Origin: Thermoplasmatales archaeon
Lineage (GTDB): Archaea > Thermoplasmatota > E2 > UBA202 > JdFR-43
Assembly: GCA_011052825.1 (NCBI GenBank)
Contig: DRIF01000024.1
Coordinates: forward strand, 849-24,848
DNA: 24,000 nucleotides
Direction of reading: 5' to 3'
Positions 7,874 to 17,066 of this stretch are shown here, piece by piece. Every line of letters begins with the position of its first letter. Within the stretch, counting starts at the first letter, position 1. The notes beneath the pieces are model-generated. The model was not told the origin of the DNA, made no database searches, and was given only the letters and a program-made list of their open reading frames with translations. Made by a program: the position numbers and the translations under genes.

Positions 7874-10187
7874 ACTTTTCATAAAAGATGGATATATTCG
7901 GAGAATAAATTTAATTGATGCAGATGATGAAACATTAGTTGAAATAAGTAGGTCAATGGGTCTTGCATTAAGTTTGGAAGAAATGAAAAAAATACGGGAT
8001 TATTTCATGAGAAGAAATAGATTACCTTCTGATTTAGAACTTGAGGCAATAGCTCAGTCATGGAGTGAACATTGCTGTTACAAATCATCAAAGCATTATC
8101 TAAGAATGTATGTTTATAGTATAGCAAAAGATAAAATTGTTGCAAGAGAAGATGCAGGTGTGCTAGATTTTGATGAAAATCATTATTATGTTGTTGCTTT
8201 AGAAAGCCATAACCATCCGTCTGCCATTGAGCCATATGGAGGGGCAGCTACAGGAATAGGAGGAATTTTGAGAGATGTGCTGTGTATGGGTGCACAGCCA
8301 GTTGCTTTAATTGACCCACTGTTTTTTGGAAAGTTGGATTTTAGGCACGAGGATTTACCATCTGGTGTTAAACATCCGAGATATTTATTCAGCAGGGTTG
8401 TTGAGGGAATAAGAGATTATGGAAACAGGGTTGGAATACCAACCATTGCTGGACAGGTCTATTTTCATAACAGCTATATTGGAAATTGTTTAGTTAATGT
8501 TGGATGTGTGGGTATAGTAAAGAAAGACAAACTCGCCCACAGTAGCGTGAAGAGAGCAGGCGATATACTTATATATGCTGGAGGGAAAACAGGAAGAGAT
8601 GGGATCCATGGAGTAACATTTGCCTCAGAAGAGTTGAAGGAAGAATCAGAAGAAAAATCAATAACTGCTGTTCAGCTTGGCGATCCAATAACAAAAGAAC
8701 CTCTCATTCATGCATGTCTGGAATGCAATGAAAAAGGACTTGTGGAAGGAATGAAGGATATGGGAGGCGGGGGGCTTTCCTGCGTTTGCAGTGAGACTTC
8801 ATATGAAGGTGGTTTTGGAGCGGAAATTTATCTTGATAAAGTGCCTCTAAGGGAAAGAGACATGGAACCATGGGAAATATGGGTTTCAGAAAGCCAGGAA
8901 AGAATGCTTATTGTTGTTAAGGAGGAGAATGTTGAGAAAGTTTTGAACATATTTGAAGGATGGGATGTGGAGGCGGTTGCCATAGGAAAAGTTATTGAAG
9001 AGCCTTTAATAAGAATTTATTACAAGGGGCAGAAAATAGGAGAACTGGAGCTCCTATTTCAGATTGGAGGGGTGGAATATGAAAGAAAATGGAATTTGCC
9101 TATCAAAAAAGAATATGAAGAGCCAGAATTTGAAATTCCTGACCTAAATGAAATTCTTTTGAAAATTTTATCCTCATATAACGTATGTAGCAGGGAATGG
9201 GTTGTTAGACAGTATGATTTTGAAGTGAGGGGTTCAACAATAATAAAACCAATGAATGGGAGAATAGAAAAACAAACTCACTCAGATGCCTCAGTTATAA
9301 AGCCAATTGATAACTCATTTAGGGGATTAGCAGTAACATCTGATGTAAATCCTAATCTTACTTCAATAGATCCATACTGGGGAACATGCTCAGCTGTGGA
9401 TGAAGCGTGCAGAAATCTATCAGCAGTGGGAGCAAGGGTTAACTCATTTGCAGATTGTTTAAACTTTGGAAATCCTGAAAAGCCAGATAGGATGGGAGAG
9501 TTTGTTGAAAGTTTAAGAGCATTAAAGGATATGGCTTCTGTTTTGGAAGTTCCATTTGCATCTGGAAATGTTAGTTTTTATAATGAGGGGACAAAAGGAA
9601 GCGTTGCCCCAACTCCAACAATTATGGCTGTTGGAATAGTTAATGATGTGAGGAAATGCATCACTTCAAGTTTTAAAAAAGAAGGAAATCCAATATATTT
9701 AATTGGAGAAACAAAAAGGGAGATGGGAGGAAGTGAATATTACCAGGCATTAAAAATAAATGCAGGAAAAGTGCCAAGAAGCAATCCTCATTTGCTGAAA
9801 AGTAGCATTGAAAAAGTTGTTTCTGCAATAGAAAAAGGTTATATAAAAGCATGCCACGATATTTCAAATGGAGGAATGGCTGTTTCTCTGGCTGAGATGG
9901 TTATAGGTGGCAAAGGTGCTGAAATATGTCTGTATCCAATAAAAAACTTGAGAACAGATTTTAAATTATTCTCAGAGAGCAATACAAGATGGATTGTTGA
10001 AGTTGATAAAACAGAGGAGGGAAATTTCAAAAAAATCTTTGATGAACTTTCAATATACAGAATTGGAGAAGTTAAGGGAAAGAAGCTTACAATATATGAT
10101 GGAGATGAAATGAAAAAATATATTGATTTAGATAGAGATGAATTGTATGAAGCATGGAATAAAACTTTATGGGAAGAAATGGGATAA
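7860..10187 (+). CDS. purL: Phosphoribosylformylglycinamidine synthase subunit PurL (FGAM synthase II)
   Basis: Characteristic motifs: QSWSEHCCYK, ESHNHPSAIEPYGGAATGIGG, RDVLCMGAQP, DMGGGGLS, ESQERML and SNGG. The start is ATG 7860, or ATG 7866 giving an ATGAATGA overlap with the purS stop. Confidence 0.95.
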   Translation: MSMNELFIKDGYIRRINLIDADDETLVEISRSMGLALSLEEMKKIRDYFMRRNRLPSDLELEAIAQSWSEHCCYKSSKHYLRMYVYSIAKDKIVAREDAGVLDFDENHYYVVALESHNHPSAIEPYGGAATGIGGILRDVLCMGAQPVALIDPLFFGKLDFRHEDLPSGVKHPRYLFSRVVEGIRDYGNRVGIPTIAGQVYFHNSYIGNCLVNVGCVGIVKKDKLAHSSVKRAGDILIYAGGKTGRDGIHGVTFASEELKEESEEKSITAVQLGDPITKEPLIHACLECNEKGLVEGMKDMGGGGLSCVCSETSYEGGFGAEIYLDKVPLRERDMEPWEIWVSESQERMLIVVKEENVEKVLNIFEGWDVEAVAIGKVIEEPLIRIYYKGQKIGELELLFQIGGVEYERKWNLPIKKEYEEPEFEIPDLNEILLKILSSYNVCSREWVVRQYDFEVRGSTIIKPMNGRIEKQTHSDASVIKPIDNSFRGLAVTSDVNPNLTSIDPYWGTCSAVDEACRNLSAVGARVNSFADCLNFGNPEKPDRMGEFVESLRALKDMASVLEVPFASGNVSFYNEGTKGSVAPTPTIMAVGIVNDVRKCITSSFKKEGNPIYLIGETKREMGGSEYYQALKINAGKVPRSNPHLLKSSIEKVVSAIEKGYIKACHDISNGGMAVSLAEMVIGGKGAEICLYPIKNLRTDFKLFSESNTRWIVEVDKTEEGNFKKIFDELSIYRIGEVKGKKLTIYDGDEMKKYIDLDRDELYEAWNKTLWEEMG

Positions 10188-10192
10188 AATTT

Positions 10193-11893
10193 TTATTTAC
10201 TGAACAATTTTTCCAACTCTTTTATAGTGTATGTATTTATCACACTCTTTTTTTCAGCCCATCCTCTCCTTGCAACTGCAACTCCAAATTCATAAAACTG
10301 CAAATGTTCTTTATTATGAGCATCTGTTCCTATGGAAAGTTTCACCCCTATATCAACTGCTTTCTTTGTATTTATATCATTTAAATCAAGTCTGTCTGGA
10401 TAGGCATTTATTTCCATCGTTACATTATTGTCTCTTGCTTTTTCAAGCACTTTTTCAATATCCACCTTTATAGGTTCTCTTTTCTGGATTATTCTACATG
10501 TTGGATGCGCTATTATATCAACATATTCATTTTCAATTGCCTTAATTAAGCGGGAGGTCATATCTCTTTCATCCATTCTAAATGCTGAATGAATACTTGC
10601 AAGAACAACATCAACTTCCTTAAGCGTACTTTTTTCAACATCCAAACTCCCATCTTTTTTTATATTTACTTCTATACCATGGAATATATGAATATCATTG
10701 AATTTATCTCTTAACCTCTCTATTTCTTTTCCCTGTTCAATCAATTTTTCCTCATTCATCCCTCCAGCTATTTTTAAACTCCCTCCATGATCAGTTATTG
10801 CAATAAATTTATGTCCCAACTCAACTGCTTTCTCAATCATTTCCTCTATTGTATTTGCTCCATCACTCCATTTTGTGTGCATTTGTAAATCTCCTTTGAC
10901 ATCCTCATACTCAACTATTTTTGGCAGTTTATTTGATAAAGATGCCTCCACTTCTCCTCTATTTTCTCTCAATTCTGGAGGAATCCATTGCATTCCCAAT
11001 GCCTTATAAACATCCTCCTCATCCTCTCCTGCAATTCTTTCTTCTCCTTTAAACAAACCATATTCATTCAATTTATATCCATTTTTTATTGCAATTTTCC
11101 TCAACTCAACATTATGCTCTTTACTTCCAGTAAAATACTGCAGTGCTGAACCAAAACTCTCTTTTTCGACAACTCTCAAGTCAACCTGAACACCACTTTT
11201 AAGCCTTACTGAAGATTTTGTCGTTCCCTTTGCAAGAACTTTTTCAACTCTCTTCATTTCTGTAAAAACATTCATAACTTTTTCAACATTATTTGATACA
11301 GCAAGAATGTCAATATCTCCTATTGTTTCCTTCCTCCTCCTTATTGAGCCCGCCAAGTCAACTTTCCTCACATATGGTTTGATTTCATCAATTATTGCAT
11401 ATGCTTCAGGCAAAACAAAACCAAGCAGAAAGCGATGTTTTCTTGTCCTTGCAATTTCTATATTCTCAATAATTTTCCTCTCAATTTTCTCTCCAAATCC
11501 TTTTAATTCTTTAATTTTTCCTTCTCTCGCAACTTTTTCCAAATCATTAATATTCTTCACCCCAAGTTTTTCATAGAGTGTTTTAATCATTTTTGGACCA
11601 AGTCCTTCGACATTTGATAAACTTTCAATATCAATTGGTATTTTTTTGCGAAGTTCGTCCAGCTTCTTTATTTTTCCTGTTTCAATATATTCCTTAATTT
11701 TCCCAGCAATACTTTTTCCAACTCCTGGTATTTTTTCCAGCTTATTTTCTCTATAAAGTTCTTCTATGTCAACGCTCAAACTTTCTATATTCTGAGCCGC
11801 TTTTCTGTAAGCTCTTGGCTTAAATTCAACTCCCTCAATTTCAAGCAAAGCTGCAATTTCATACAGTATCTTTGCAATTTCCTGATTTTTCAT
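10193..11893 (-). CDS. polX: Family X DNA polymerase with C-terminal PHP phosphoesterase domain (PolX)
   Basis: N-terminal HhH region (IAKILYEIAALLEIEG...FKPRAYRKAA, IPGVGKSIAGKI, VEGLGPKMIKTLY). Pol-beta palm with LAGSIRRRKETIGDIDIL. PHP motifs include LQMHTKWSDG, AITDHG, SIHSAF and GTDAH. Confidence 0.88.
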   Translation of the reverse strand: MKNQEIAKILYEIAALLEIEGVEFKPRAYRKAAQNIESLSVDIEELYRENKLEKIPGVGKSIAGKIKEYIETGKIKKLDELRKKIPIDIESLSNVEGLGPKMIKTLYEKLGVKNINDLEKVAREGKIKELKGFGEKIERKIIENIEIARTRKHRFLLGFVLPEAYAIIDEIKPYVRKVDLAGSIRRRKETIGDIDILAVSNNVEKVMNVFTEMKRVEKVLAKGTTKSSVRLKSGVQVDLRVVEKESFGSALQYFTGSKEHNVELRKIAIKNGYKLNEYGLFKGEERIAGEDEEDVYKALGMQWIPPELRENRGEVEASLSNKLPKIVEYEDVKGDLQMHTKWSDGANTIEEMIEKAVELGHKFIAITDHGGSLKIAGGMNEEKLIEQGKEIERLRDKFNDIHIFHGIEVNIKKDGSLDVEKSTLKEVDVVLASIHSAFRMDERDMTSRLIKAIENEYVDIIAHPTCRIIQKREPIKVDIEKVLEKARDNNVTMEINAYPDRLDLNDINTKKAVDIGVKLSIGTDAHNKEHLQFYEFGVAVARRGWAEKKSVINTYTIKELEKLFSK

Positions 11894-11912
11894 TCATACA
11901 CCTATTCAACTC

Positions 11913-11919
11913 AAAAAAA
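11913..11919 (-). terminator. Possible oligo-T termination signal after purN
   Basis: A T7 run on the minus strand (gaatttttttgag) lies 22-28 nt downstream of the purN stop. Archaeal termination commonly uses T-tracts. The tract also falls inside the presumed polX promoter region, so its role is uncertain. Confidence 0.25.
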
Positions 11920-11940
11920 TTCTGTTAATATTATTTTTGG

Positions 11941-12594
11941 TTAATAGCCATAGGAATAGAAAACATCGGAATAACTGTATTTCTCAATCCATGTATCTCC
12001 AGGAAGTATTCTTACTTTCCTGCCATCTATAATCAATCTTCCCTTCTCAAATAAATCTATGCTCCTTGGGAGTATTTGATGCTCAACTTTTAAAATTCTC
12101 TCTGCCAAACTATCTCTTGTATCATTTTCTTTAACCTTCACGCATGCCTGCAGTATTATTGGTCCATGGTCTGCCTTCTCATCCATGAAATGGGTTGTGC
12201 ATCCTGCGAGCTTAACACCATATTCCAGAGCCTGTCTCTGTGCATCTATTCCTTTAAAAGATGGGAGCAAAGAAGGATGAATATTTATGATTCTTCCGTA
12301 CCACCTTTTTATAAACCATTCAGATAGTATTCGCATATATCCAGCTCCAACCACCAGCCCGATGCCGTAATTCTCCAAAATTTTATCAACCTCCTTTTCG
12401 TGCTTTTCCCTATCTTTCGCATCAACAAAGTATGCATCAATCTCATTTTTCTTTGCTCTTTCAAGAGCAAAAGCTTTTTCATTATCACTTATAACAACAG
12501 AAACTTCTGCGTTAAGCAATCCATTTTTGCAAGCATCTATTATTGCCTGCAAGTTACTTCCTCTTCCAGAAACAAGAACACCCAGCTTTAGCAT
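11941..12594 (-). CDS. purN: Phosphoribosylglycinamide formyltransferase (GAR transformylase)
   Basis: Typical PurN motifs: LGVLVSGRGSNLQAII, LVVGAGYMRIL, IINIHPSLLPSFKG and GCTTHFMDEKADHGPII. Confidence 0.9.
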   Translation of the reverse strand: MLKLGVLVSGRGSNLQAIIDACKNGLLNAEVSVVISDNEKAFALERAKKNEIDAYFVDAKDREKHEKEVDKILENYGIGLVVGAGYMRILSEWFIKRWYGRIINIHPSLLPSFKGIDAQRQALEYGVKLAGCTTHFMDEKADHGPIILQACVKVKENDTRDSLAERILKVEHQILPRSIDLFEKGRLIIDGRKVRILPGDTWIEKYSYSDVFYSYGY

Positions 12595-12665
12595 ATAAGT
12601 AAAAGAAAATCAAATAAATTAGTTTTTATACAGAAACATTAAAAATTAAAAGAACATTAAAATCT

Positions 12666-13424
12666 ATGGACGGAATTGAAATTTATGAATATGAGAAAGC
12701 TGGGCTGGAAAATGCATTTGTCATAACAGGTTTTCCAACAATTGGACTTGTTGGAACTATAGCTGGAAGATTTGTTGTGGATACTTTAAAATTGCATATG
12801 ATCGCAACATTTTTATCTGACTATTTCCCTCCACTTAGTGTGGTTTCACATTCTGAACCTCTTCCACCTGTGAGAGTATATGCAGGAGAAAAAAAATGTG
12901 GACCATATGGAATGTGCAATCAGCTTGTAGTCATTTTATCTGAATTCTCTCCTCCTCCCGCTATGCTGAGGCCATTGGCAAATAAAATAATTGAATGGTG
13001 CAATAAAAATAAATGCGAGACAATAGTTTGTATTGAAGGATTTAATCTCGGAGAGATGAAAGAAGAAGTCCCTTTGATGGGTGTTGGAAGTACTGAAAAA
13101 GCAAAAGATTTATTTGAAAAATACAACGTTGAACTCATGAAAGAAGGAATGGTTAGCGGACTGTCTGGGATATTGTTATATGAGGGAAGGAGAAAAAATT
13201 TTGACGTTTCTTGCCTGCTTGCAGGAACACATGCAAATTATCCAGATGCAAAAGCATCAGCAAAAATCTTGGAGGTTATAAACGAAATGTTACCAGAAAT
13301 AAAAATAGACCCAGAGCCACTTTATAAAGAGGCAGAGGCAATTGAACAGCAGATAAAAGCTCACATAAAGGAGGCACAACCATCAAAACCAATGTATCCA
13401 GAATCTCCAATGATGTATGGATAG
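12666..13424 (+). CDS. PAC2-family proteasome assembly chaperone (PbaA/PbaB-like)
   Basis: The N-terminus AFVITGFPTIGLVGTIAGRFVVDTL is typical of the PAC2 family. The C-terminus ends ...PMMYG, a hydrophobic-Tyr-X (HbYX) motif. Confidence 0.72.
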   Translation: MDGIEIYEYEKAGLENAFVITGFPTIGLVGTIAGRFVVDTLKLHMIATFLSDYFPPLSVVSHSEPLPPVRVYAGEKKCGPYGMCNQLVVILSEFSPPPAMLRPLANKIIEWCNKNKCETIVCIEGFNLGEMKEEVPLMGVGSTEKAKDLFEKYNVELMKEGMVSGLSGILLYEGRRKNFDVSCLLAGTHANYPDAKASAKILEVINEMLPEIKIDPEPLYKEAEAIEQQIKAHIKEAQPSKPMYPESPMMYG

Positions 13425-13427
13425 AAA

Positions 13428-13841
13428 TCATCTCTTCCTGCTTAAAAATTCATTTGCCTTTTTCAGAACATTTCTATCATTTTCATATGTAATTTTTTTT
13501 ATTGCCCCCTCATACTTTACCCATTCATATGAAGTATGTTCATGTGATAATGTAACATTATATGTTTTGCTTTCGGCCAGCAAATAGATTACTTCCTTGT
13601 ATATTGTTTTTCCATCTTTTTTATAAAAATAACTTATTTTTTCTTTAAATCCTTCTATTATCTTCAAATCCTCTTTTCTTAAACCAGCTTCTTCTTCAGC
13701 TTCTCTCAAAAAAGTTTCTTCTATGCTTTCTCCTCTTTCAATATTTCCTTTAACAAATCCCCAGTGACCCCATCCATATTTTAGAAGCAAATATTTTTCA
13801 TCTTTAAATATTACACCACCACATGATTTTTCCACTGCCAT
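13428..13841 (-). CDS. Nudix hydrolase, Ap4A-hydrolase-like
   Basis: Nudix box GNIERGESIEETFLREAEEEAGL (GX5EX7REUXEEXGU). The N-terminus SCGGVIFKDEKYLLLK..WGFVKG resembles small Ap4A/NTP pyrophosphohydrolases. I prefer ATG 13841 over the track's TTG 13850; either way it lies within 1 nt of, or overlaps, the upstream stop (13843-13845). Confidence 0.85.
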   Translation of the reverse strand: MAVEKSCGGVIFKDEKYLLLKYGWGHWGFVKGNIERGESIEETFLREAEEEAGLRKEDLKIIEGFKEKISYFYKKDGKTIYKEVIYLLAESKTYNVTLSHEHTSYEWVKYEGAIKKITYENDRNVLKKANEFLSRKR

Positions 13842-13842
13842 T

Positions 13843-15159
13843 CTAACCAATCTCTCTCAGCATCTCCTCAAGAATTTTTTTATATTCTTCACCCTCTGTT
13901 TCAAAAAGCTTTCTCACATAAATTGAGAGATGTTCTCCAAATTCTTTCTCCATTTTTGTATATTTCCATTCTTCTCCCTTCACGTTTAATGCATACAAAA
14001 ATGAATATGAAATTGATTTCTTCTTCACATCCATCTTTTCCTCTTTTATTGTTCTCAAAACACCTTCTTTTCCCTCCATTCTGTATATTCTTGCAAGATT
14101 ATCTATAAATTTTGCAAGCTCATCTCCTTCTATAACAGGAAGATTTTTCAGTTTCTCCCTTTTTTTATTTTCATAATATTCCTTCCTCAATTTTTGAATA
14201 TTTACTCCATATTTTTCAAGCAATTTTGCAGATGATGGTTGCTCAATTATAACTGCTTTATTTTCATATTTCAATATTTCATTTATTGCTTCCTTTTCCC
14301 ATTCTCTCGGCTTCAACTCTTCTAAAAATTTATCAACGTTATTCCCATAACATCTATTTGATAAAATCAGAACTTTTTTCTTTTCAATCTTCCACAGAAT
14401 TTTTTTCCTGTAATTATCCAGAAATTTTTTATCTGATATTCCTCCCTTCAGATACTGAGTGTAATCAACTTCTTGTTCAATTGCATCTTTTATAACGCAA
14501 TCTTCGCATTTATTTGCGCATTCAACAGTGTTAACTTTTGCATCCATTTCTATCTCTTTTTCAAAATCTGGATAATAAAAATATTGTTTCATCTCAGCAA
14601 CAGTATTTTTTTCTCCACAACATTTTATTTCTTTTTCCCTCCATTTTATCAATATATATTCTTTTTCATCACAAAAAAATTTTTTTTGCAAAAAATTCAA
14701 GAATTCTTCAGGTGGTGACTTTGAGCAGATAATTTTATCAGGAAGTGAAAAAAGATTTAATTTTTTCTTTTTCGCTATCTTTTGGTAAGCAATCAATCTT
14801 AAATTTGGTTTATCCCAGTTCTGAATTGACATCAAAAGTTCATCCTCAACCTTTCCTCTTTTTGCATAATATACATTCTCATTACCTATTCTAATAAATG
14901 CAACATGAGGGATTTTTTGATTTGAAAGCAGAATTGTTGATGCAAGAGCAGATAAAAATCCTTTTTTATTTGCTATCCTCTCACAATATCTTTCATTCTT
15001 TAATTTATCAATCTCTTTTTTCAATTTATCAAAATAGCATGATGCACAGTCACCTGCGCATTCTGGTAAAATCTTATATGGATTGCTTTTCAATTCATTT
15101 GCAATTTTTATTATCCTTTTTTCTATTTGCTTTGTTGCTGTTCTAATTTTTATTGACAC
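13843..15159 (-). CDS. Uncharacterised Cys-rich protein (12 Cys; two CX3CX2C motifs), family not recognised
   Basis: Long uninterrupted ORF with a GTG start; there is no in-frame ATG until residue 110. The motifs are C34-x3-C38-x2-C41 (ECAGDCASCY, 15037-15060) and C214-x3-C218-x2-C221 (ECANKCEDCV, 14497-14520), with a CC pair at residues 180/181. The C-terminal third is K/E-rich and helical. No nucleotide-binding or catalytic motif that I can name. Confidence 0.6.
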   Translation of the reverse strand: MSIKIRTATKQIEKRIIKIANELKSNPYKILPECAGDCASCYFDKLKKEIDKLKNERYCERIANKKGFLSALASTILLSNQKIPHVAFIRIGNENVYYAKRGKVEDELLMSIQNWDKPNLRLIAYQKIAKKKKLNLFSLPDKIICSKSPPEEFLNFLQKKFFCDEKEYILIKWREKEIKCCGEKNTVAEMKQYFYYPDFEKEIEMDAKVNTVECANKCEDCVIKDAIEQEVDYTQYLKGGISDKKFLDNYRKKILWKIEKKKVLILSNRCYGNNVDKFLEELKPREWEKEAINEILKYENKAVIIEQPSSAKLLEKYGVNIQKLRKEYYENKKREKLKNLPVIEGDELAKFIDNLARIYRMEGKEGVLRTIKEEKMDVKKKSISYSFLYALNVKGEEWKYTKMEKEFGEHLSIYVRKLFETEGEEYKKILEEMLREIG

Positions 15160-15228
15160 AAAAATTAATGCACATTTTTTATTTCATTCTTTTGGATTTT
15201 GATCAACTGCTTAAAATTAATTAAATTC

Positions 15229-16920
15229 TCAATCTTTTTTGAAAGAATCTCCGCCCAACTTACTCTTTATTTTTGACCATGTATCTTTCAATTCAACAAT
15301 TCTATTGAGAACGAGTTTTTCTGAAGTTGTATCAGGATCTATGCAGAAATATCCCACTCTCTCAAACTGAAATCTGTCAAATGGTTTTAGTTTTTTTACA
15401 GCAGGTTCAACCTTGCAGTTTTTAATTATTTTTAAAGAATTGGGATTCAAAAATTCTTTAAAATCAGCATCTTTATATCCTGTGGGATTTTCAACTGTAA
15501 ATAGCTTATCATAAATGCGAACTTCTGCATCAATTGCATGAGAAGCAGAAACCCAGTGAAGAGTCGCTTTAACTTTTCTTCCATCAGGAGCATCCCCTCC
15601 TCTACTTTGCGGATCCACTCTGCATATTAGTTCAACAATTTTTTCATCCTCTTTTATAAAATCTGTGCATGTTATAAGATATGCATTTCTCAGGCGAACC
15701 TCTCTTCCTGGAGAAAGTCGATAAAATTTTTTTGGAGGATTTTCCATGAAATCATCTTTTTCAATATATATTGTTTTTGAAAAAGGAACTTTTCTTGTTC
15801 CAGCCGATGCATCTTCAGGATTGTTTATCACGTTCATATAATCAACTTTTCCCTCAGGATAATTTTCAATTGTTACTTTAAGAGGGTTAAGAACTCCCAT
15901 GAAGCGGGGGGCTGTTTTATTCAATTCCTTCCTCACGCAATGCTCCAGAAATTCAAATGGAATTATTCTATTTGTTTTTGAAACTCCAATTCTTCTGCAG
16001 AAATTTTTTATTGCTTCTGGAGGGTAGCCTCTCCTCCTCATTCCTCTTATGGTGAGTAGGCGCGGGTCATCCCATCCTCTAACATATCCCTTTTCAATAA
16101 GTTCACGCAACATGCGTTTACTCAAAACATTATATGTTACATTAAGGCGTGCAAATTCAATTTGTCTTGGGTGATGAATTCCAAGCTGGTCAAGAAACCA
16201 GTCATAGAGAGGGCGATGGTTCTCAAATTCAAGAGTGCATATTGAATGGGTTATTCCTTCTATTGAATCCTCTAATCCATGAGCCCAGTCATATGTTGGG
16301 TATATGCACCATTTATCGCCAGTTCTGTAATGTTTTTTGTGCATTATGCGATACATAACAGGATCTCTCATATTCATATTTGGATGGGACATGTTAATTT
16401 TTGCCCTCAAAACCTTCTCACCATCTTTAAACTCACCTTTTCTCATCCTCTCGAATAAATCAAGATTTTCTTCTATGGAACGATTGCGGTAGGGGCTTTC
16501 TTTTCCAGGAGTTGTCAAATTTCCTCTATATTCACTTATTTCTTCTGGTGAGAGGTCATCAACATATGCCTTGCCATCTTTTATCAACTGAACAGCATAC
16601 TCATACATTTTTTCAAAATAGTCAGATGCAAAAAATAATCTATCTTCCCAGTCAAATCCAAGCCATCTAACATCTTCAATAATAGATTTAACATACTCTT
16701 CCTCTTCAGTAGCAGGATTTGTATCATCAAATCTCAGGTTACACAATCCATTATATTCTTCAGCAATTCCAAAATTCAAGCATATGGAGAATGCATGTCC
16801 TATGTGCAAATATCCATTTGGTTCTGGAGGAAATCGAGTGTGAACTCTTCCCCCATACCTATTTGTCCTTATATCTTCGTCAATAATTTCTCTTATGAAG
16901 TCCTTACCTTTTTCCTCCAT
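15229..16920 (-). CDS. glnS: Glutaminyl-tRNA synthetase (bacterial-type GlnRS)
   Basis: HIGH region [59 protein letters not shown], the KMSKS position as NVLSKR, RLRNAY and [10 protein letters not shown]. The protein is collinear along its whole length with E. coli GlnRS as I recall that sequence. I prefer ATG 16920 (MEEKGKDF...) over the track's GTG 16929. Confidence 0.88.
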   Translation of the reverse strand: MEEKGKDFIREIIDEDIRTNRYGGRVHTRFPPEPNGYLHIGHAFSICLNFGIAEEYNGLCNLRFDDTNPATEEEEYVKSIIEDVRWLGFDWEDRLFFASDYFEKMYEYAVQLIKDGKAYVDDLSPEEISEYRGNLTTPGKESPYRNRSIEENLDLFERMRKGEFKDGEKVLRAKINMSHPNMNMRDPVMYRIMHKKHYRTGDKWCIYPTYDWAHGLEDSIEGITHSICTLEFENHRPLYDWFLDQLGIHHPRQIEFARLNVTYNVLSKRMLRELIEKGYVRGWDDPRLLTIRGMRRRGYPPEAIKNFCRRIGVSKTNRIIPFEFLEHCVRKELNKTAPRFMGVLNPLKVTIENYPEGKVDYMNVINNPEDASAGTRKVPFSKTIYIEKDDFMENPPKKFYRLSPGREVRLRNAYLITCTDFIKEDEKIVELICRVDPQSRGGDAPDGRKVKATLHWVSASHAIDAEVRIYDKLFTVENPTGYKDADFKEFLNPNSLKIIKNCKVEPAVKKLKPFDRFQFERVGYFCIDPDTTSEKLVLNRIVELKDTWSKIKSKLGGDSFKKD

Positions 16921-16973
16921 ATTTTGCACCCAAATTTTTCAACTGTAGAAGTAAACCGAACAACTGGCAATAG

Positions 16974-17044
16974 TAGCCCCGGGCAGATTCGAACTGCCGT
17001 CAAGGGATCCAGAGTCCCTTATGCTACCACTACACCACGGGGCT
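16974..17044 (-). tRNA. tRNA-Gln (anticodon CUG), archaeal type, no encoded CCA
   Basis: The minus strand reads AGCCCCG-TG-GTGT-AGTGGTA-GCAT-A-AGGGA-CTCTGGA-TCCCT-TGAC-GGCAG-TTCGAAT-CTGCC-CGGGGCT-A. This folds as a full cloverleaf with 7/4/5/5-bp stems, a TTCGAAT T-loop, anticodon CTG, an A1:U72 pair and discriminator A73. Confidence 0.9.
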
Positions 17045-17066
17045 ATAATATGATAAATTTTTTCTG

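Noticed and set aside
14497-15060. CX3CX2C motifs in the 438-aa protein read as radical-SAM signatures
   Set aside because: The spacing matches, but the context does not. There is no recognisable GGE/SAM-binding motif or TIM-barrel pattern, the motif occurs twice, and the first lies in a helical K/E-rich setting. I report it only as a generic metal/Fe-S-binding candidate.
15229-16929. Alternative reading of the aaRS as an archaeal (non-discriminating) GluRS, a homologous family of similar size
   Set aside because: The HIGH-region context ([15 protein letters not shown]) and many blocks through the anticodon-binding beta-barrels follow GlnRS as I recall it, rather than the archaeal GluRS pattern. 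Only a phylogeny can settle this, so the possibility is kept as the refutation test in the finding.
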